NCBI GenBank assembly: GCA_035270785.1
Contig: DATESN010000071.1
Coordinates: 137-64,136, forward strand
Reading direction: 5' to 3'
DNA length: 64,000 bases
Source: Lachnospiraceae bacterium
GTDB lineage: Bacteria > Bacillota > Clostridia > Lachnospirales > Lachnospiraceae
Below are positions 58,999-64,000 of the stretch, piece by piece. The translations under genes and the position numbers were made by a program. Under the pieces are notes generated by a model. That model saw nothing but the letters and a program-made list of their open reading frames with translations, had not been told where the DNA came from and did no database searches. Position 1 is the stretch's first letter, and each line of letters starts with the position of its first letter.

Positions 58999-61245
58999 TT
59001 ATGTATTCATTGGATCAAAATCAAATTGTACGATTTCATTTTTTAATTCTAATGCATTTATTATTTCTTCTACGTCATCCTTTATTCCAGTAAGAACTTC
59101 GTAATCTTTGTGTTTTACATAAATTACCGTTCGATAAATATCTTTAATTTTTCCTATTGAGGCTGGCGCAGGGCCCATCATTACCACTTTTTCTTGAACT
59201 TCTGTATTTTGTATTTCCCTCTTACGAATAGATTCCCCTATGGTTTTTGCTAATTGGTTACCTTTTTCTTCTTGTCTTGCAAGAACTAATATTGCCATCA
59301 TATGAGCGGCAGGGGGATATTTCAGTAATTCTCGGTATACGTATTCTTCCTCATAAAAGCTTTTGTAATCCTGATTAGCCGCATGAATAATACTATAGTG
59401 ATCTGGTTGATAGGTTTGTATTACTACTTCTCCCGGTATTAGGCCTCTTCCTGCCCTTCCTGCCGCCTGCGTTAACAATTGGAAGGTTCTTTCCCCTGCT
59501 CTATAATCATTTGCGTATAAGGACATATCCGCTGCTAAAATACCAACCAATGTAACGTTAGGAAAATCATGACCCTTAACAATCATTTGAGTTCCCACTA
59601 ATATATCGGCTTCTCCCTGGGCAAACTTTGATAAAATAGTTTCATAACTATCTTTTGTTTTTGTAGTATCCGCGTCCATTCTAAGTGTTTTTCCATGGGG
59701 AAACTCTCTCCATAACATTTCTTCTACTTGTTGCGTTCCTGCTTTGAATCCTAAAATATATTTGGAACCACATTCCGGACATTTGCTAACAGAAGATTCA
59801 TAATAGCCGCAATAATGGCAGACCAGTTTTCCGTTTTTATGTTCGGATAAAGATACATCGCAATGGGGACATTTCATAACATGTCCACATGCTCTACAGG
59901 AAACAAAACCTGCATATCCTCTTCGATTTAGAAAAAGAATGATTTGTTCCTTCTTTCTTAACCTATCATCCATTAACTCATAGAGCCTTCTGCTAAACAT
60001 CGTTCTATTTCCACTTTTTAATTCTTCCCGTAAATCTTCCACAAATACATGGGGAAGCGTACCTCCCGTTAAACGTTCCTTTAGTTCATACATTTTAAAG
60101 ATTCCCACTTCTGCCATATGATATGACTCCAAAGAAGGAGTGGCTGATCCCAAGACGACAATCCCATGATGATAAGAGGCTAGTTCTATCGCCACTTCCC
60201 TCGCATGGTATTTGGGCATTGTTTCACTTTTATAACTTCCTTCATGCTCTTCATCTATTATGATAATACCTAAATTTTGAAAAGGTGTAAACAACGCAGA
60301 CCTGGGACCGATTACCACATCTACTTCATTCTTTTTTGCTCTTTCAAATTGATCAAATTTTTCCCCTGGTGATAGCTTGGAATTCACCACTGTAACGCGT
60401 TCTCCAAAACGTTGGTAGAACCGCTTTACTGTTTGATACGTTAATGCAATTTCTGGAATTAGGACAATTGCCTGTTTTCCCTTTGCAATCATCTTTTCAA
60501 TAAGTTCCATATATACTTCTGTTTTTCCACTGCCTGTTATTCCATGAATCAAGTACTTACCATTTTGATGGCTTTCAAAATCTTTTATAATATCCGTTAC
60601 AATATAATTTTGATGTTTGCTTAATGATTTCTTTTCCCATTTTTCTCTTTTTATATGAACTGGATTGCGATATACATCTTGGGTTGTCACTTTGACAATT
60701 CCTTGATTTTCAAGTGCTTTTATCGTCTGTCCTGTGACATGAATCTTTGACGTAACCAAAGCGTAGGGAATTTCACTCACCTCTAATAACTCCATTAAAA
60801 GTCGTACTTTTGCCACTTGATGTTTCTTTTGAAACAGATCTATAAATTCTAATAATTCTTTTTTTTCAACCAAGCAAATGATGTTTTTCTTTTCCAAAGA
60901 CTTCATTTTTTGTTTTACTGGAAGGACCGTTTTCAAAGCAGCTATCATGGTGGATCCATAATTTTTCTTAATCCAATATGCCAACCGAATAAAGGTACTT
61001 TCTACCGTAACACCGTTATCTATGATGGAATCAATTTCTTTTATTCTGCTAACATCAAATTCTATTTTTTCTGTTATTTCCATAACATAGCCTTGTATTA
61101 ACTTATTTCCACTTCCAAAGGGGATCGAAACTGACATTCCAACCTCTAGAAAATCCCTTAATGATGGGGGGATTCTATATTGAAAAGTTCGATCTACTTT
61201 TTCATGAGAAATATCTACAATTATATTTGCGTATTGATCCATCAT
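58999..61245 (-). CDS. priA: Primosomal protein N' (PriA helicase)
   Basis: YANIIVDISHEKVDRTFQYRIP, Walker A GITGSGKTE, DEEH and the Cys-rich zinc region CRACGHVMKCPHCD...CHYCG...CPECG. The likely ATG is at 61245 or 61242, just after the murE stop. Confidence 0.9.
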   Translation of the reverse strand: MMDQYANIIVDISHEKVDRTFQYRIPPSLRDFLEVGMSVSIPFGSGNKLIQGYVMEITEKIEFDVSRIKEIDSIIDNGVTVESTFIRLAYWIKKNYGSTMIAALKTVLPVKQKMKSLEKKNIICLVEKKELLEFIDLFQKKHQVAKVRLLMELLEVSEIPYALVTSKIHVTGQTIKALENQGIVKVTTQDVYRNPVHIKREKWEKKSLSKHQNYIVTDIIKDFESHQNGKYLIHGITGSGKTEVYMELIEKMIAKGKQAIVLIPEIALTYQTVKRFYQRFGERVTVVNSKLSPGEKFDQFERAKKNEVDVVIGPRSALFTPFQNLGIIIIDEEHEGSYKSETMPKYHAREVAIELASYHHGIVVLGSATPSLESYHMAEVGIFKMYELKERLTGGTLPHVFVEDLREELKSGNRTMFSRRLYELMDDRLRKKEQIILFLNRRGYAGFVSCRACGHVMKCPHCDVSLSEHKNGKLVCHYCGYYESSVSKCPECGSKYILGFKAGTQQVEEMLWREFPHGKTLRMDADTTKTKDSYETILSKFAQGEADILVGTQMIVKGHDFPNVTLVGILAADMSLYANDYRAGERTFQLLTQAAGRAGRGLIPGEVVIQTYQPDHYSIIHAANQDYKSFYEEEYVYRELLKYPPAAHMMAILVLARQEEKGNQLAKTIGESIRKREIQNTEVQEKVVMMGPAPASIGKIKDIYRTVIYVKHKDYEVLTGIKDDVEEIINALELKNEIVQFDFDPMNT

Positions 61246-61252
61246 AAAAACC

Positions 61253-62716
61253 TTATCTCTCTGCCAAAATATCTTGAATGATTTCTCTCTCATCCATAGG
61301 ATATTTTACGCCCCTAATCTCTTGGTAATCTTCATGTCCTTTTCCTGCAAGAATAATAAGATCTCCCTGCCTTGCATGATGTATGGCATATGCAATTGCC
61401 TTTTTTCTATCTACTATTTCAACAAAAGTTCCTTCTGTTTTCCTTGCACCTATCTTTATATCGTTTATAATTAAAAGGGGATCTTCAAACCTTGGATTAT
61501 CTGAGGTAATAATTGTTAGATCTGCTAGATTACCGCTTACTTCCCCCATCTCATACCTACGAATCTTAGAGCGATTTCCCCCACATCCAAACAAACATAC
61601 TAAACGTTTTGGATTATATTCTCTCATAGTTACTAATAAGTTCTCCAAAGACATAGCATTGTGTGCATAATCAATCAATAATATATATTCCTTGGAAATA
61701 GGTAGTAACTCAATACGACCTTTCACATGAATCTCTTTTAATGCATTTTTCATTTGCTCTACGATAACATGGAAATGACTGCATATGGCTATTGCTGCCA
61801 CCGCATTATAGATATTGAATTTTCCTGGAATACCAATTGTTGCTTCCATTTGTATTAATCCGTTCATTGAAAAGTCAACACCCATATGTTCATAAGTATG
61901 ACGTAATTTTGTATTGGTTACCCTATAGTCTGCACAAGGAGAAAACCCATAGGTTTCCAATTCGCAAGTATGACCCTTTAACACATTTCCAACATGACCA
62001 TCATCCACATTTATAATACCCAGTTTGCACTGGTGAAATAGTTTTCCTTTATAGGACATATATTCTTCCATGTCCTTATGTTCATTTTGCCCAATATGAT
62101 CTGGCTCAATATTAGTAAAGACCCCAATGGAAAAAAGGATACCTTCTGTTCGATACATCATAATTCCTTGTGAGGAAACTTCCATTACTACAATATCACA
62201 TCCCCCATCTAGCATTTGTCTGAAATACTGATGAATCAAAAAAGATTCTGGCGTCGTGTTTTCGGTTTCTATACTTTGTTTTCCAATAACTATTTCTATC
62301 GTTCCTATAAGACCTACTTTATGTCCCGCTGTTTCTAACATCTTTTTTGTTAAATATGTTGTGGTAGTCTTTCCCTTTGTTCCTGTAATACCTATCACAT
62401 GCATGTTTCTAGCTGGGTAGCCAAAAAAAGCCGCCGACATATATGCTAAGCATTTCCTTGTGTTTTCCACCATGATTACTGTAATGGTATCTAATATAGG
62501 TATGTATTCGGTTTTTGATAAAACAATTGCTTTTGCTCCCTTTCGAATCACCTCAGGTATGACCTTGTGTCCATCAAAACTCGAACTTTCTATACATATA
62601 AAAACACTATCTGGTTTCATATTTCTTGAATCATAGATTAAATGGGATATATTCACATTATCACTTCCCTGAATACACTCATATGTGATTTCACCTAATA
62701 ATTCTTTTAATTTCAT
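61253..62716 (-). CDS. murE: UDP-N-acetylmuramoyl-L-alanyl-D-glutamate--2,6-diaminopimelate ligase
   Basis: GITGTKGKTTT and the DNPR motif (ITSDNPRFEDP), which is the signature of the meso-DAP-adding type. The preferred ATG is at 62716 (SD GGGGGA). Confidence 0.9.
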   Translation of the reverse strand: MKLKELLGEITYECIQGSDNVNISHLIYDSRNMKPDSVFICIESSSFDGHKVIPEVIRKGAKAIVLSKTEYIPILDTITVIMVENTRKCLAYMSAAFFGYPARNMHVIGITGTKGKTTTTYLTKKMLETAGHKVGLIGTIEIVIGKQSIETENTTPESFLIHQYFRQMLDGGCDIVVMEVSSQGIMMYRTEGILFSIGVFTNIEPDHIGQNEHKDMEEYMSYKGKLFHQCKLGIINVDDGHVGNVLKGHTCELETYGFSPCADYRVTNTKLRHTYEHMGVDFSMNGLIQMEATIGIPGKFNIYNAVAAIAICSHFHVIVEQMKNALKEIHVKGRIELLPISKEYILLIDYAHNAMSLENLLVTMREYNPKRLVCLFGCGGNRSKIRRYEMGEVSGNLADLTIITSDNPRFEDPLLIINDIKIGARKTEGTFVEIVDRKKAIAYAIHHARQGDLIILAGKGHEDYQEIRGVKYPMDEREIIQDILAER

Positions 62717-62990
62717 GTCTTTCCCCCAGACTTCCATTTGTTTCAGACTATTCTATCTATTATATGCAAGGTGGAAGGGAAAAAACAAAAATATTCTATT
62801 TATAAAGATAGCACAGAAAGTTCTATTTTTCAACTAAGGAGGATATCCCGAGTTCCTGTATGTTTCATCATTTTTTATAATGTTATTATTATTTTATAAT
62901 TGCTACACATTTTGAACACATCTAACCTTTATAGTATGTATTAGATAGTTGAAAAACTACTATCTCCCCCCCTCATAAGAAAAAAATAAG

Positions 62991-63018
62991 AACCCTAAGG
63001 TTTATAAACCTTAGGGTT
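62991..63018 (-). terminator. Rho-independent terminator after recJ
   Basis: Perfect palindrome AACCCTAAGGTTTATAAACCTTAGGGTT. On the minus strand it is followed by CTTATTTTTTT. Confidence 0.75.
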
Positions 63019-63032
63019 TTTATTTTTATCTA

Positions 63033-64000
63033 TTACCGATATGATTGCATGATTAATTGAATCTCTTTATTTCCACGAAATTCATTCACCTCCGGAACAT
63101 AAATAATGTGTAGTACGACTTTATTTTTTTTCCCATCATACAAAGCAGTTTGTTCCTCTTTGCCAAACTTTTCTAATACATAGGCGTCAAATTGACTTAA
63201 ATCGCCAAAATAAATAAGAGAAAATCGGTTTTTATCTTCATCTTCTACCGTATACTTTCCTACATTTTTATTCTTTCCTATTACTTTTCCACTTAGAAAT
63301 CGTAAGTTTCTATAAGCAAAAACTGGTTTTTGATTACCCATACCAAAAGGCTCTAGTAAGCTGAATTCACGGATAAGCTTTTCGCTAATATAGGAAGGAG
63401 GCATAGCAATATCAATGTAAATCTTTTTCATGAAATCTTCTGCCACTAACTCACAGTTTTTGTTGATGGTTTTACGAAATAGGGATATATTTTCTTCCTT
63501 TATCGATAAACCCGCTGCTAATTTATGCCCACCATATTTCACAAATAATTCTTTGCATTTTATCATTTCCTCAAACATGTGGAACGCATCAATAGACCTG
63601 CCCGAACCTTTTACGCAATCTTCCCCCATGGTTAATACAAATGCTGGCTTTCCATATTTTTCACGAATTCTACCAGCGATGATTCCAGCAAGACTCTCAT
63701 GACAATCCTGCAAATAAATTACCAGTACTTTGTCTTCTTTTAGATCCGTTTCTTCCACAAGAGCAATTGCTTTTTCTAGCCCTTTTGCGGTCAAGTCTTT
63801 TCTACTGTCATTTAAACCCTTTAAATCACCTGCTATTTTCACTGCGTCTTCCCAATTGGTTGCACTTAGTAATTGTAAAGCTCTTTCAGCCGTATCCAAT
63901 CTCCCTGTAGCATTCATACAAGGCCCTAGAACAAAGCCAATATGATAGGGCGACAACTCCTTGCCCTCCAATCCTGTAACGGATATGAGTGCCTTCAAGC
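63033..64000 (-). CDS. recJ: Single-stranded-DNA-specific exonuclease RecJ. Partial: the N-terminus lies beyond the window end
   Basis: DHHA1 region with GRSIDAFHMFE...YGGHKLAAGLSI. The reading frame stays open to the window edge. Confidence 0.85.
   Translation of the reverse strand, partial: LKALISVTGLEGKELSPYHIGFVLGPCMNATGRLDTAERALQLLSATNWEDAVKIAGDLKGLNDSRKDLTAKGLEKAIALVEETDLKEDKVLVIYLQDCHESLAGIIAGRIREKYGKPAFVLTMGEDCVKGSGRSIDAFHMFEEMIKCKELFVKYGGHKLAAGLSIKEENISLFRKTINKNCELVAEDFMKKIYIDIAMPPSYISEKLIREFSLLEPFGMGNQKPVFAYRNLRFLSGKVIGKNKNVGKYTVEDEDKNRFSLIYFGDLSQFDAYVLEKFGKEEQTALYDGKKNKVVLHIIYVPEVNEFRGNKEIQLIMQSYR

Overview
This is a 64 kb window from a low-GC, endospore-forming Firmicute. Gene content and protein character look like Clostridia or Lachnospiraceae, but that is inference and no search was run. 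Almost all credible genes are on the minus strand. Only xpt, a HEAT/THUMP methyltransferase gene and one gene fragment are on the plus strand.

Most of the window is core chromosome:
- A dcw cell-division cluster: mraZ-rsmH-ftsL-2x class B PBP-mraY-murD-ftsW-murA-ftsQ-ftsZ.
- The sporulation block spoIIGA-sigE-sigG, followed by ylmC and nrdR.
- The conserved murE-priA-def-fmt-rsmB-rlmN-stp-prkC-rsgA-rpe-ychF-lgt run.
- yqeG-aroE-aroK-aroQ-efp.
- A five-gene peptide/nickel-type ABC importer.
- ligA, metA, rluF, xpt, one tRNA-Arg(CCG) and a partial recJ.

The supplied ORF track misses one large gene at the left edge (1-1712, minus strand), a multi-TM plus GAF sensor, because the gene has no stop inside the window.

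The only clearly accessory stretch is about 3.6-9.85 kb. It contains:
- A translationally coupled PRTase-like plus DprA/SLOG-like gene pair. This resembles the ShosTA toxin-antitoxin/anti-phage architecture and is my best candidate for a conflict system.
- A mosaic of dead gene fragments: a serine recombinase tail, a YeiH fragment and a sortase B pseudogene with in-frame stops.
- An orphan pair: a 2-TM CorA-like protein lacking the GMN motif, and a leaderless protein with a C-terminal YkuD (L,D-transpeptidase) domain.

Other sequence-level oddities:
- A 15-bp x ~7 tandem repeat that fills the ligA-metA spacer.
- An in-frame (ACAAAT)6 microsatellite at the start of an FG-GAP-like gene.
- Four AAGTGGT boxes at exact 10-bp spacing upstream of mraZ.
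- A 26-bp tandem duplication in the spoIIGA promoter region.
- A KTG-to-KTA change in the second PBP.

I saw no CRISPR array, rRNA, intact transposase or reverse transcriptase. All functional calls rest on recognising protein motifs by eye. No database search was possible.
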